A stretch of DNA of 64,000 nucleotides from an uncultured Verrucomicrobiae bacterium (GTDB lineage: Bacteria; Verrucomicrobiota; Verrucomicrobiia; Chthoniobacterales; UBA10450). Each line of letters begins with the position of its first letter. Position 1 is the first letter of the stretch. The notes under the pieces were generated by a model. That model worked only from the letters and a program-made list of their open reading frames with translations, ran no database searches and was not told the DNA's origin. The position numbers and the translations under genes were made by a program. Positions 39,549-48,340 of the stretch are shown here, in pieces. The stretch is taken from contig CAVTMK010000004.1 of the NCBI GenBank assembly GCA_963735805.1, positions 352,001-416,000 on the forward strand, read 5' to 3'.

Positions 39549-40280
39549 ATGAAAAGAATACCAGAATCCTTGCGTTCGTGGTGGCGTGAAGGGAAAGACA
39601 CAAATCAGCGTGAGCTGTCGCCAGCGACATCCTACTACGGGATGTGGGACGTGGTGGTGCGTTTTGCGGTTGAAATCCGGGCAAGCGATTTCATGGCTGA
39701 GATGATCAGGCGACGTGATGCATTCGGCAGCGAGGGAGTGATGGGTGCGATTGATTGCGCTACGCTTTACGGATTGACGCGTTGGCTTCGGCCAGCAGTC
39801 ATCGTCGAGTCCGGCGGATTCATTGGAATGTCCTCGGCGTTCATCTTGAAAGGCATTGCTGATGAAAAGCTCGCGGCAACCAAACTGTACAGCATCGAAT
39901 TGAGCCACGATTGCGATCAGGGCGCTTTGATTCCGGACGAATTGCGATCGGCCGCCGGCGGTTTCGTGCCGATGCGCGGCAAAGTGGAAGATTTCCTCAA
40001 GGGGGGTGAGCTCCCTTCAACCATCGACATGTTTCTCCACGACAGTTCGCACAGCTACCGGCATATGCTGTGGGAGTTCCGCCAGTTTTGGCCCCGCCTG
40101 CGCGACGGCGGATTACTCGTGTCGCACGACGTGCAAATGAATGCTGCGTTTCCCGAATTCGTTGCGCAGACCTATTCGCATGATAAAAAGACCGGTCGCC
40201 GTGACACGCAGCGAACCTCCCATTACGAATGGGGCCGCTGGGGTTACATCGGCTTCGCCATTAAAAAGGCAGACCAGTGA
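39549..40280 (+). CDS. Class I SAM methyltransferase (Methyltransf_24-like)
   Basis: IVESGGFIGMSS, IDMFLHDSSHSY, GGLLVSHD. Confidence 0.8.
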   Translation: MKRIPESLRSWWREGKDTNQRELSPATSYYGMWDVVVRFAVEIRASDFMAEMIRRRDAFGSEGVMGAIDCATLYGLTRWLRPAVIVESGGFIGMSSAFILKGIADEKLAATKLYSIELSHDCDQGALIPDELRSAAGGFVPMRGKVEDFLKGGELPSTIDMFLHDSSHSYRHMLWEFRQFWPRLRDGGLLVSHDVQMNAAFPEFVAQTYSHDKKTGRRDTQRTSHYEWGRWGYIGFAIKKADQ

Positions 40281-40381
40281 TACTACTTTGGCAGCCGTGG
40301 CTATCGTTCATTGCGTCGGCCCATGTCGCGCTTGATCGGTGCGGCGACCTAATCAACGCCATCTTCAGCCGTCTCAGAACG

Positions 40382-40939
40382 TTATCTTAATCGTTCTCCT
40401 CTAGCCGATTCTCTTATGAGTTTTGCCAGCCGCTTCAGCCGCGTTACCTCCTGTTTTGCACTCACTATCCACCACCCGATTGCTTTTCGATACGAGGGCG
40501 GCTGAGCGTAAAAGAAATCCGACGCGGCTTTGTTTTGGCTCAGCCTTTTCTCATAAGGCGCATCCAGACTGGCGCTCCTTTGTTCGTATGAATAAATGCC
40601 AGACTTGTTTTCTTTGCGCGCCTCAAACGCGGTCACCCCAGCGACCTCCATCAAACCCCTATCGCGTAATTCCAGCGCGCGCTTGATGTTGACCGCGCTC
40701 CAGATGCTTCCCCGTCGTCGCGCCGTAAACCGAATTGTGTAGCGAAAATCATCGATGCTTTTGCGAATCCCGTCGATCCAGCCAAAGCAGAGTGCTTCAT
40801 CCACCGATTCCGACCAGGTCATGCTCGGTTGCCCCGAGATTGTTTTATAATAACCAACCCACAACTCTGTTGTACGCGCATGATTCTTCTCTAGCCATCT
40901 CCGAAAATCCGTCGGTGATTTGAAGTACTTAATCCTCAT
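40382..40939 (-). CDS. YdeI/OmpD-associated family protein
   Basis: FRRWLEKNH, EALCFGWIDG, SAKQEVTR. Confidence 0.85.
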   Translation of the reverse strand: MRIKYFKSPTDFRRWLEKNHARTTELWVGYYKTISGQPSMTWSESVDEALCFGWIDGIRKSIDDFRYTIRFTARRRGSIWSAVNIKRALELRDRGLMEVAGVTAFEARKENKSGIYSYEQRSASLDAPYEKRLSQNKAASDFFYAQPPSYRKAIGWWIVSAKQEVTRLKRLAKLIRESARGERLR

Positions 40940-41038
40940 GGCAGAAGAACTTCTCCCGTTCATGAGAAAGTGAGACCTCACTCCGCCACCCCGTCGCTAC
41001 GTGAGTAATGGCCTTAACTGCTCTCATCGAGAGCGGGT

Positions 41039-41416
41039 CTAACCGATCTGTTTTTTGTAAGCCTCGGCGTCCTTCAGTTGTTTAAGGTCGTCGGCGTTGT
41101 CCAGTTTGAGAACGAAGATCCAGCCCTGAGCGTAGGGTTCGCGGTTGATCAAGCCAGGATCCGCTTCGAGGGCTTTATTTACTTCCACGACCGTTCCCTT
41201 CACCGGCGCGTAAATGTCACTTGCCGCCTTCACGGATTCGACAACAGCGATTGCTTCTTTGGCGTTTGCCTGCCGATCCATTTTTGGCAGTTCGACGTAA
41301 ACCACGTCGGTCAATTCGGACTGAGCATGATCGGTAACGCCGACGCGCACATTGTCGCCTTCGCGTTTAATCCATTCGTGTGATTCGGTGTAAAGCAATT
41401 CCTCAGGGACATTCAT
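41039..41416 (-). CDS. gcvH: Glycine cleavage H protein
   Basis: SHEW, VESVKAASD lipoyl site. Confidence 0.96.
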   Translation of the reverse strand: MNVPEELLYTESHEWIKREGDNVRVGVTDHAQSELTDVVYVELPKMDRQANAKEAIAVVESVKAASDIYAPVKGTVVEVNKALEADPGLINREPYAQGWIFVLKLDNADDLKQLKDAEAYKKQIG

Positions 41417-42519
41417 GATTTCTTATAGAGCGGTTTCTTTTCTATGGTAGCTGGAAATTTTTGTCCGCGAATTTCGATATCGATTTGCGTTCCGATCTTC
41501 GCGCGCGCCGTCGAGAGATACGCCATCCCCACGCCCCAGTTCAAGCTCGGAGAAAGTGTGCCGCTTGTAACTTCTCCAATCCGTTCACCGTTCTCGAACA
41601 CGGCGTAATGCGGTCGTGGCGGCGGTCCTTTCTCTTTCATTCGAAACGGCACAAGCTTTTCGCACGGTCCTTTTTCTTTGGTCTTCACCAAAACATCGCG
41701 GCCGATGAAGTTGGGTTTTGTTAGATCGACGAAGAATCCCAGTCCCGCTTCGATGGGATTTCGTTCTGGCGACAGATCGGAACCGTTGAGCGGGTAACAC
41801 ATTTCCAACCGCAACGTATCGCGCGCTCCCAGGCCGCATGGCTTGATTCCGAACGGTTTACCTCTTTCCAGCGCGGCGTTCCAAAGCTTCACCGCATCGG
41901 TCGCGCGAAAGAAGATTTCGATCCCGTCCTCGCCGGTGTAACCAGTGCGGGCGACGGAAACAGTCGTTCCATCGAATGGAAAATCGACAATCGAATTTCG
42001 CGATGGAAGACCGGTATTACCGCCGAGCAACGCATGAAACAACTCGGCAATCCGTGGACCTTGAATTGCGACTGCACCAAAATCAGCGCTGCGATTGGTG
42101 AGTTGAACTGCGTTTGAGACTGGAAGATGGCTTTGTAACCAGGCAAAGTCTTCGTCTGTGCGCGCCGCGTTTACGACCAGCAGAAATTTCTGTTGGTCAA
42201 TTCGATAAACGATCAAGTCATCGATGATTCCGCCACGCTCGTTCAGCAGAAAGGTATATTGACCCGTGCCAACATCGAGTTTGCCGACATTATTTGTGAG
42301 CATGGCGTTGAGCCATTCGCTTGCGCCGGCTCCTTCCACGATCAATTGTCCCATGTGCGAAATATCGAACATGCCTACGTTTTTTCGCACGGCTTGATGT
42401 TCTTCGACGATGCCCGTGTATTGGACAGGCATGAGCCACCCGGCGAACGAAACGATCTTCGCGCCGAGGCGAACATGTTCTTCGTAAAGTGGCGTTTTCT
42501 TTGTCGCAGCTTCGCCCAC
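41413..42519 (-). CDS. gcvT: Glycine cleavage T protein
   Basis: KTPLY, FDISHMG, RTGYTGEDG, GLGARDTLRLE; GTG start inferred. Confidence 0.95.
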   Translation of the reverse strand: MGEAATKKTPLYEEHVRLGAKIVSFAGWLMPVQYTGIVEEHQAVRKNVGMFDISHMGQLIVEGAGASEWLNAMLTNNVGKLDVGTGQYTFLLNERGGIIDDLIVYRIDQQKFLLVVNAARTDEDFAWLQSHLPVSNAVQLTNRSADFGAVAIQGPRIAELFHALLGGNTGLPSRNSIVDFPFDGTTVSVARTGYTGEDGIEIFFRATDAVKLWNAALERGKPFGIKPCGLGARDTLRLEMCYPLNGSDLSPERNPIEAGLGFFVDLTKPNFIGRDVLVKTKEKGPCEKLVPFRMKEKGPPPRPHYAVFENGERIGEVTSGTLSPSLNWGVGMAYLSTARAKIGTQIDIEIRGQKFPATIEKKPLYKKS

Positions 42520-42651
42520 GCGCCAAGCTAGACTGCACGAATAGCAGCGCAAGCGTTCGCATGATTCGGTGATTGGGCCGGATTTCGGCTTCCTCCGTCC
42601 TGAAAGAGAGAGGATTGAGGTGAAGGATTGTTGCGTTACTGTCCGCGAGCG

Positions 42652-43434
42652 ATGACTCGGCTCGATAAACTGGAACGGCGCTTCGGTTTTCTCGGCATCC
42701 CAGGGCTGATGCGCATCGTGGTTGCCTTTACCGCACTGACTTTTTTGCTGGTCCGTCTGAGTCCTGGTTTTCGTTTCATGCTTGACCTCGATCCCGGGCG
42801 GATTCGCCACGGCGAAGTCTGGCGACTGATCACGTACATTTTTCTTCCGCAGACCGACAGCTTTTTGTGGGTTTTCCTTCTCCTTTGGTTTCTCTGGTTC
42901 ATCGGAGAAGGCCTGGAACAGGCATGGGGCGCGTTCCGGCTAACGCTTTATTTCATCGTCGGGATGATCGGCACGACGGTGGCCGCATTTTTCTTCGGGG
43001 CGCGTTTCTCCAACTCCATGTTGTACGCGTCGTTGTTTTTCGCGTTCGCGCGGTTTTATCCCGATCAGGTCATTTATTTGTTTTTTGTCTTGCCGGCGAA
43101 AATCAAATGGATCGCCTGGATCTCGGCGGCGTTCTTGTTGTTCGGCTTTGTTGTCGGCACGAATTCCTATCGCATGGCCCTGGTGGCTGCCCTGGCCAAT
43201 TATTTAATCTTTTTTGGGCCGGAAATTATTCATGATGCCCGGCATCGCGGCGAAGTTTCGGCGCGAAGAAAGCGCTATGCGCAGAGTTCTCGAAGCGAAG
43301 CCGAGCCGCTTCACAAATGCGCTGTGTGCGGCGCGACCGAATTAAGCGATCCGAATCTGGACTTTCGCGTGGCCCGCGATGGCGAGGAATACTGTATGGC
43401 GCATTTACCGAAAGTGGCGACGCCCGCGCAGTAG
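42652..43434 (+). CDS. Rhomboid-fold membrane protein with C-terminal Cys/His motif
   Basis: GEVWRLITY; no GxSG motif; HKCAVC...YCMAH. Confidence 0.65.
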   Translation: MTRLDKLERRFGFLGIPGLMRIVVAFTALTFLLVRLSPGFRFMLDLDPGRIRHGEVWRLITYIFLPQTDSFLWVFLLLWFLWFIGEGLEQAWGAFRLTLYFIVGMIGTTVAAFFFGARFSNSMLYASLFFAFARFYPDQVIYLFFVLPAKIKWIAWISAAFLLFGFVVGTNSYRMALVAALANYLIFFGPEIIHDARHRGEVSARRKRYAQSSRSEAEPLHKCAVCGATELSDPNLDFRVARDGEEYCMAHLPKVATPAQ

Positions 43435-43510
43435 CTCTTGTTGGCGCCTCGCTGTTGTCGGAGGCGTTAATCGCGTTGGACCGACACGGCGACACGGTGC
43501 CGTGGCTACA
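43431..43510. repeat. GTAG-type REP pair (REPIN-like)
   Basis: CGCCTC...GAGGCG hairpin and, on the minus strand, GTAGC-CACGGC...GCCGTG. Confidence 0.65.
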
Positions 43511-43552
43511 ACACTGCTTGACCACGAGTTCCTGGATATGAAACTAACCGCA

Positions 43553-44368
43553 ATGACCGATAAGAACGTCGCACTTGTTCCCGAAGAAGGCTGGCATTGT
43601 CTGCATTTGTTTTATCGAATCGAGTACGGCCAATGGCAATTACTGAGCCGTGAAGAACAAACTGCCGCAAAAACAAATCTGTCGTCACTCGTACAGGAAG
43701 TGCGTGCGATGGAGTCGACTCAGTTGCTCGTGCTTGGTGTGGTGACGCCGAAAGCAGACCTCGGTTTCATGTTGATCACGCCCGACCTGCATAATGCAAA
43801 CAAAATCGAAAAGCGCCTCTCGCTTTCGTTAGGCGCAGACGTGCTGACTCCTGTTTACAGTTATCTGTCGCTTACCGAGGAAAGCGAATATATCACGCGC
43901 GAAAACGAGTACGCACAGACATTGGAGCCCGGTGTGCGGAAAGATCCCACTGAACTCGATCGAGCACTGGCAACATTTCGCGAGCGAATGAAGCATTACC
44001 GACAGGAGCGCGTTTATCCAACGCTGCCGGATTGGCCGGTCGTGTGCTTTTATAACATGAGCAAACGCCGGGGCGAACAGCGGAATTGGTACGCGCTGCC
44101 GTATGATGAGCGCCGCAAACTGATGAAAGGACACGCCGCGGTCGGACGCGAGTTCGCCGGTAAAGTGAAACAGCTCATCACGGGTTCGACTGGTCTTGAT
44201 GATGCCGAGTGGGGCGTAACGCTGTTTGCGCGCGATACATTCCAGATCAAGGCGATCGTCTACAAAATGCGTTTCGATCCGGTAAGCGCTGAGTACGCGG
44301 ACTTCGGCGAATTTTACATCGGCATTCAACTGCCACTCGATGAATTGTTCCGGCGACTGCAGCTGTAG
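43553..44368 (+). CDS. chdC: Coproheme decarboxylase (HemQ)/chlorite dismutase family
   Basis: FYNMSKRR..NWY.LP..ER..LM..H, GSTGLDDAEWGVTLF. Confidence 0.82.
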   Translation: MTDKNVALVPEEGWHCLHLFYRIEYGQWQLLSREEQTAAKTNLSSLVQEVRAMESTQLLVLGVVTPKADLGFMLITPDLHNANKIEKRLSLSLGADVLTPVYSYLSLTEESEYITRENEYAQTLEPGVRKDPTELDRALATFRERMKHYRQERVYPTLPDWPVVCFYNMSKRRGEQRNWYALPYDERRKLMKGHAAVGREFAGKVKQLITGSTGLDDAEWGVTLFARDTFQIKAIVYKMRFDPVSAEYADFGEFYIGIQLPLDELFRRLQL

Positions 44369-44436
44369 CGGCGCTCCGAATAGCGAATACAGATGCGACG
44401 ATCCTGGACCGACACTACCATTGAGGTCGCTCTAGA

Positions 44437-44521
44437 GGATGGGTGACAGAGCGGTCTATTGTGCACGCCTGGAAAGCGTGTGTGCCGAAAGGCACCGGGG
44501 GTTCGAATCCCCCCCCATCCG
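44437..44521 (+). tRNA. tRNA-Ser(GGA)
   Basis: GGATGGG acceptor stem, CACGC-CTGGAAA-GCGTG anticodon arm, long variable arm, GTTCGAATC. Confidence 0.95.
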
Positions 44522-44561
44522 CGTTGACCTCGTGATTTGGTCCTCCCGTCAGTCGTTGACG

Positions 44562-45242
44562 CTAACGGGGGCGTTGTTCGACTACCTGCAGTTCCTGTCG
44601 CAGCTTGACCACGCTGCCGTCAGGAAGGACACCGCGAAAGTTTACGCTGGGATAAATCATGCAATCGCGTCCGATGACTGAGCCGGGATTGATCACCGCA
44701 TTGCAGCCGATTTCTGTGCGATCGCCAACGATTGCGCCGAATTTTCTAAGGCCTGTCGGAATGTGGCCATCGGACGTTACGACTGCAATTTCGGCGTGAT
44801 CTAGCTTTACATTTGAGAGAATCGCGCCTGCTCCCAGATGGGCGTGATGACCAATGATCGAATCACCCACGTAGTTGAAGTGCGGGACCTGCACTTCATC
44901 GAACAGGATGGAGTTTTTGAATTCGCACGAATTGCCCATGACTACGCCATCGCCAACGATCACGTTCTCGCGCACGTAGCAGCCGCTGCGAATATGGCAA
45001 TTGTCGCCGATCCATGCAGGACCCTTCAACACCGCGCCTTGTTCGACGACCGTACCTCTGCCAATGAAAACATGGTTGCTTATAAACGGCTTGCCCATGA
45101 GCTCGCCCAGGATGGCGGGCTTTAGGCGAAATTGCAGGTAACTGGCAATTTGTTTGAGCGCATCCCAGACGTAATTCTGTTTTTCGAACAACTTCGGATG
45201 AGCCGTGTGTTCAAGATTAAGAAAATCGGATGGCGCAAACAT
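44562..45242 (-). CDS. GlmU-like left-handed beta-helix acyltransferase (stand-alone domain)
   Basis: Hexapeptide repeats, PHFNYVGDS, LGAG, KFGAIVGD. Confidence 0.8.
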   Translation of the reverse strand: MFAPSDFLNLEHTAHPKLFEKQNYVWDALKQIASYLQFRLKPAILGELMGKPFISNHVFIGRGTVVEQGAVLKGPAWIGDNCHIRSGCYVRENVIVGDGVVMGNSCEFKNSILFDEVQVPHFNYVGDSIIGHHAHLGAGAILSNVKLDHAEIAVVTSDGHIPTGLRKFGAIVGDRTEIGCNAVINPGSVIGRDCMIYPSVNFRGVLPDGSVVKLRQELQVVEQRPR

Positions 45243-45297
45243 TTTCAATGCTCAAGATGACGAATGCATCCGCTGGTTGCTAGCGCAAATTCTGCGG

Positions 45298-46716
45298 TCA
45301 AGGCGCTTCACGCGCCGACAGTTTTGGGCCGTCTTTGCTGTCGCGCACTTCCCAGCCTAGCGCAGAAATTTGATCGCGGAGTTCGTCGCTTCGTTTCCAA
45401 TCCTTTCCGCGTCGTGCTTCCTCGCGCTCCTTTGCTAACTGCGCTACTTCTTGTGGCACCTCAACCTTTGTGTCGGGTTCGAGATCGAGAACAGTGTTGA
45501 TTCGCTTCCACCAGTCCAGCCATGCCTTCGCCGACGCGGCGTCGAGATTGTTTTCATCCATCGCGCGGTTCGTGTCGCGAATCGATTCGAACAGGAATCC
45601 CAATGCCGCGGAAATGTTCAGATCGTCATCGAGCGCTTCTTCAAACTTCTGCGTTGGATGTTGGGCATCGTGGGTCGGGCCTTGGATGTTCTCTTTTTCT
45701 GCAACTTCGCGCAAACGTTGCAGCCACTCATCAATCCGGCCTAAAGACTCGCGCGTCTCTTTCATTCCTTCCCAGGTGAAATTGAGCGGCACGCGATAAT
45801 GTACGCGCAACAGTCCGTAACGAAGTTCGCGCCCGCTGTAACCCTTGGCCAGAACATCAGGAACAGTGTAAAAATTGCCTAACGACTTTGCCATTTTCTG
45901 GCCATCGACCAGCAAATGCGCGCAGTGCAGCCAGTAACGGACGAATTTCTTTCCGGTCACGCCTTCGCTCTGTGCGATCTCCGCTTCGTGGTGCGGAAAA
46001 ATGTTATCGACGCCGCCACAATGAATGTCGATTTCGTCTCCCAGTAACGCCGTCGCCATCGCACTGCATTCGATATGCCAGCCCGGCCGACCCACCCCCC
46101 ATGGCGAATTCCATTTTACGTCGCCATCTTCTTCATCCCACGCTTTCCAGAGCGCGAAATCGCCAATGTGTTCCTTGTCGTATTCGTCGTGCTTCACACG
46201 TCCGGTCGATTGCAATTGCGTAAGGTCGAAGTGTGCAAGCTTGCCGTAATCAGGGAATTTGTTGATGCGAAAATAAACTGATTTGTCGTCCGCTTGATAA
46301 GCGAGACCGCGCGCGATGAGCTGGCCGATCATCTCGATCATCCTGCCGATATAACGCTGGTCGGTTGCAGCCGGGAATTCATCGGCTTTTTTGATCCGCA
46401 ATGTCTCGGCGTCTCGAAAGAAGGCTTTTTTGAATTGCTCGGTGAACTTCGCCAGCGGCACTTTGGCTTCGCGTGCGCCTCGGATGGTCTTGTCATCTAC
46501 GTCTGTGATATTCATCACGCGATGCACCTTGTAACCGCGTAGTTCCAGGTGGCGCTGAAGCAAGTCTTCGAAGATGTAAGCGCGAAAATTTCCGATATGC
46601 GCGCGGCTATAGACGGTCGGCCCGCACGTGTAGATGCTGATCGGTCGCGCTTCCGGGTCGCGCGGCTCGAATTCTTCGATCTTGCGCGACCAAGTGTTAA
46701 AGAAGCGCAACGCCAT
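45298..46716 (-). CDS. cysS: Cysteinyl-tRNA synthetase
   Basis: CGPTVY, HIGN, GWHIECS, KMAKS. Confidence 0.97.
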   Translation of the reverse strand: MALRFFNTWSRKIEEFEPRDPEARPISIYTCGPTVYSRAHIGNFRAYIFEDLLQRHLELRGYKVHRVMNITDVDDKTIRGAREAKVPLAKFTEQFKKAFFRDAETLRIKKADEFPAATDQRYIGRMIEMIGQLIARGLAYQADDKSVYFRINKFPDYGKLAHFDLTQLQSTGRVKHDEYDKEHIGDFALWKAWDEEDGDVKWNSPWGVGRPGWHIECSAMATALLGDEIDIHCGGVDNIFPHHEAEIAQSEGVTGKKFVRYWLHCAHLLVDGQKMAKSLGNFYTVPDVLAKGYSGRELRYGLLRVHYRVPLNFTWEGMKETRESLGRIDEWLQRLREVAEKENIQGPTHDAQHPTQKFEEALDDDLNISAALGFLFESIRDTNRAMDENNLDAASAKAWLDWWKRINTVLDLEPDTKVEVPQEVAQLAKEREEARRGKDWKRSDELRDQISALGWEVRDSKDGPKLSAREAP

Positions 46717-47230
46717 TAGACACTTTTTGGCGCGCCCTGCGGTCGCGCCCTACCACTTCAACGCTAGCCACCGCCATCGCGGCAATGCCTTCGCTGCGCC
46801 CGATCGCTCCGAGCTTTTCATTTGTTGTCGCTTTGATGCTTACATCGGATTCGCTGCCATCGATGGCATTCGCGATGTTCTTCCGCATCAGGGAAACGTG
46901 CGGCGTAATCTTCGGTTCTTCGGCGATGATTGTTGCATCGATGTTGAGCACTCGGGCTTTTTTTTCCGCGAGCAATTGGCCCACGTGCTTCAAAATCTCG
47001 ATGCTGCTGATGCCCCGAATGGACTCGTCCGTATTTGGGAAATGTTGACCAATGTCGCCGGCGCCGATTGCGCCCAGTATGGCGTCAGCGATCGCGTGAG
47101 ACAAGACGTCTGCGTCCGAGTGTCCTTCCAAGCCGCGCGAGTGCGCGATCTCGACGCCGCCAAGAATCAGTTTTCGGCCTTCAGCGAGCCGATGTACGTC
47201 GTAGCCAATTCCGCATCGAATCATCGCCAT
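46697..47230 (-). CDS. ispF: 2-C-methyl-D-erythritol 2,4-cyclodiphosphate synthase
   Basis: GYDVH, GHSDADV, GDIGQHFP, KATTNE. Confidence 0.96.
   Translation of the reverse strand: MAMIRCGIGYDVHRLAEGRKLILGGVEIAHSRGLEGHSDADVLSHAIADAILGAIGAGDIGQHFPNTDESIRGISSIEILKHVGQLLAEKKARVLNIDATIIAEEPKITPHVSLMRKNIANAIDGSESDVSIKATTNEKLGAIGRSEGIAAMAVASVEVVGRDRRARQKVSNGVALL
46729..46753 (-). repeat. GTAG-type REP inside the ispF 3' end
   Basis: GTAG-GGCGCG-ACCGCAGGG-CGCGCC. Confidence 0.6.
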
Positions 47231-47976
47231 CACAGTTTGAGATTAATAACGCCGTTCGACGCAATGATACTGTATTTGTCTTTCATGTCCTCGCGTGGGC
47301 GAAGATCGACAGTTCCACCGGCGTTTTCAACCAGCAGCCAGCCGGCTGCGATGTCCCACAGGCTGATTCCCTTCTCAATGTAAGCGTCGAGCCGTCCGCA
47401 GGCGACATAAGCCAAGTCGAGAGCAGCGCTGCCGAGCACCCGGCATTTACGCACGCGATGAATCATTTGTTGAAGCAATGGAAAATTTGTGTCGATCGTC
47501 TCTTGGGTTTTCGCGAGCCCGATCGAGACGACGGCTTCGGCGAGATCTGCGCGATCGCTCACGTGAAAAGGATCGCCATTTAATTTTGGGATCTCACCCT
47601 TTTGTCCTTTCCACAGCTCACGGCGCATGGGGTCGTAGATAACGCCAACCATAACCTCGTTGCGAAGACGCAACGCAATCGAGACGCAGAAATGCGGAAT
47701 GCCATAGAAATAATTCACGGTGCCATCAAGCGGGTCGACGACCCATTGGTGGTCGCTGGATTGATCGCCCACGATTCCTTCTTCGCCGTAAAGCGCATGC
47801 TTGGGAAATTCTTTGAGAAGCAGCCTGGTGATTAGCTCCTGTGTCTGAATATCGATCTCCAGCTTGATATCGTGAGCAGCGACGGCGTTGACCCGCTGCG
47901 GCCGCCGGAAATTTTTCCGAAGCAATTTGCCTGCTGCGCGCGCAGCCTTTTCAGCGGCATCCAGATAATGCTTCAC
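47230..47976 (-). CDS. suhB: Inositol monophosphatase family protein
   Basis: GEE, DPLDGTVNY, GSAALDL, WDIAAG. Confidence 0.9.
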   Translation of the reverse strand: MKHYLDAAEKAARAAGKLLRKNFRRPQRVNAVAAHDIKLEIDIQTQELITRLLLKEFPKHALYGEEGIVGDQSSDHQWVVDPLDGTVNYFYGIPHFCVSIALRLRNEVMVGVIYDPMRRELWKGQKGEIPKLNGDPFHVSDRADLAEAVVSIGLAKTQETIDTNFPLLQQMIHRVRKCRVLGSAALDLAYVACGRLDAYIEKGISLWDIAAGWLLVENAGGTVDLRPREDMKDKYSIIASNGVINLKL

Positions 47977-48111
47977 GATCAGACACAAATAGAATTGCGC
48001 TCGCACTCTGCCAAACGATTAGTTGTGGCCGGCGCCCCGCGGGGTGGGGTGATGCGCAAAGTGCGATACATGTCAGCAGGACGCTTCTCACAGGGCGCGG
48101 TAACCGGAGGC

Positions 48112-48148
48112 AAAAAAAACCGGGAGGAAAAATTGATTCTCCTCCCGG
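48112..48148 (-). terminator. Rho-independent terminator after the small ORF
   Basis: CCGGGAGGA...TCCTCCCGG followed by T8 on the minus strand. Confidence 0.85.
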
Positions 48149-48207
48149 GGTTGAAGTTAGGGTTCTGGCTCCGAAAGCCTTCGGAGCCGTTAATCAAGCG
48201 TGGGGCG

Positions 48208-48264
48208 TTAGTGCCTCTTTTTCTTCGCTGATTTTTTCTTTGCTGCTTTTTTCTTCTTTGCCAT
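48208..48264 (-). CDS. Putative 18-aa Lys-rich microprotein MAKKKKAAKKKSAKKKRH
   Basis: ATG...TAA; SD GAAAGGGGGG 9 nt upstream; Lys uses both AAA and AAG; own promoter-like motif and terminator. Confidence 0.65.
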   Translation of the reverse strand: MAKKKKAAKKKSAKKKRH

Positions 48265-48340
48265 CGACTAATTCCCCCCTTTCATCCGCAACACGCGCGG
48301 AACTCTGTGAAGAGTTGGGAATGACTTCACTTAAACGAGT

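Noticed and set aside
48112..48340. tmRNA or 6S RNA interpretation of the structured intergenic region
   Set aside because: No tRNA-like ends or tag ending in AA, and no long rod with a central bubble
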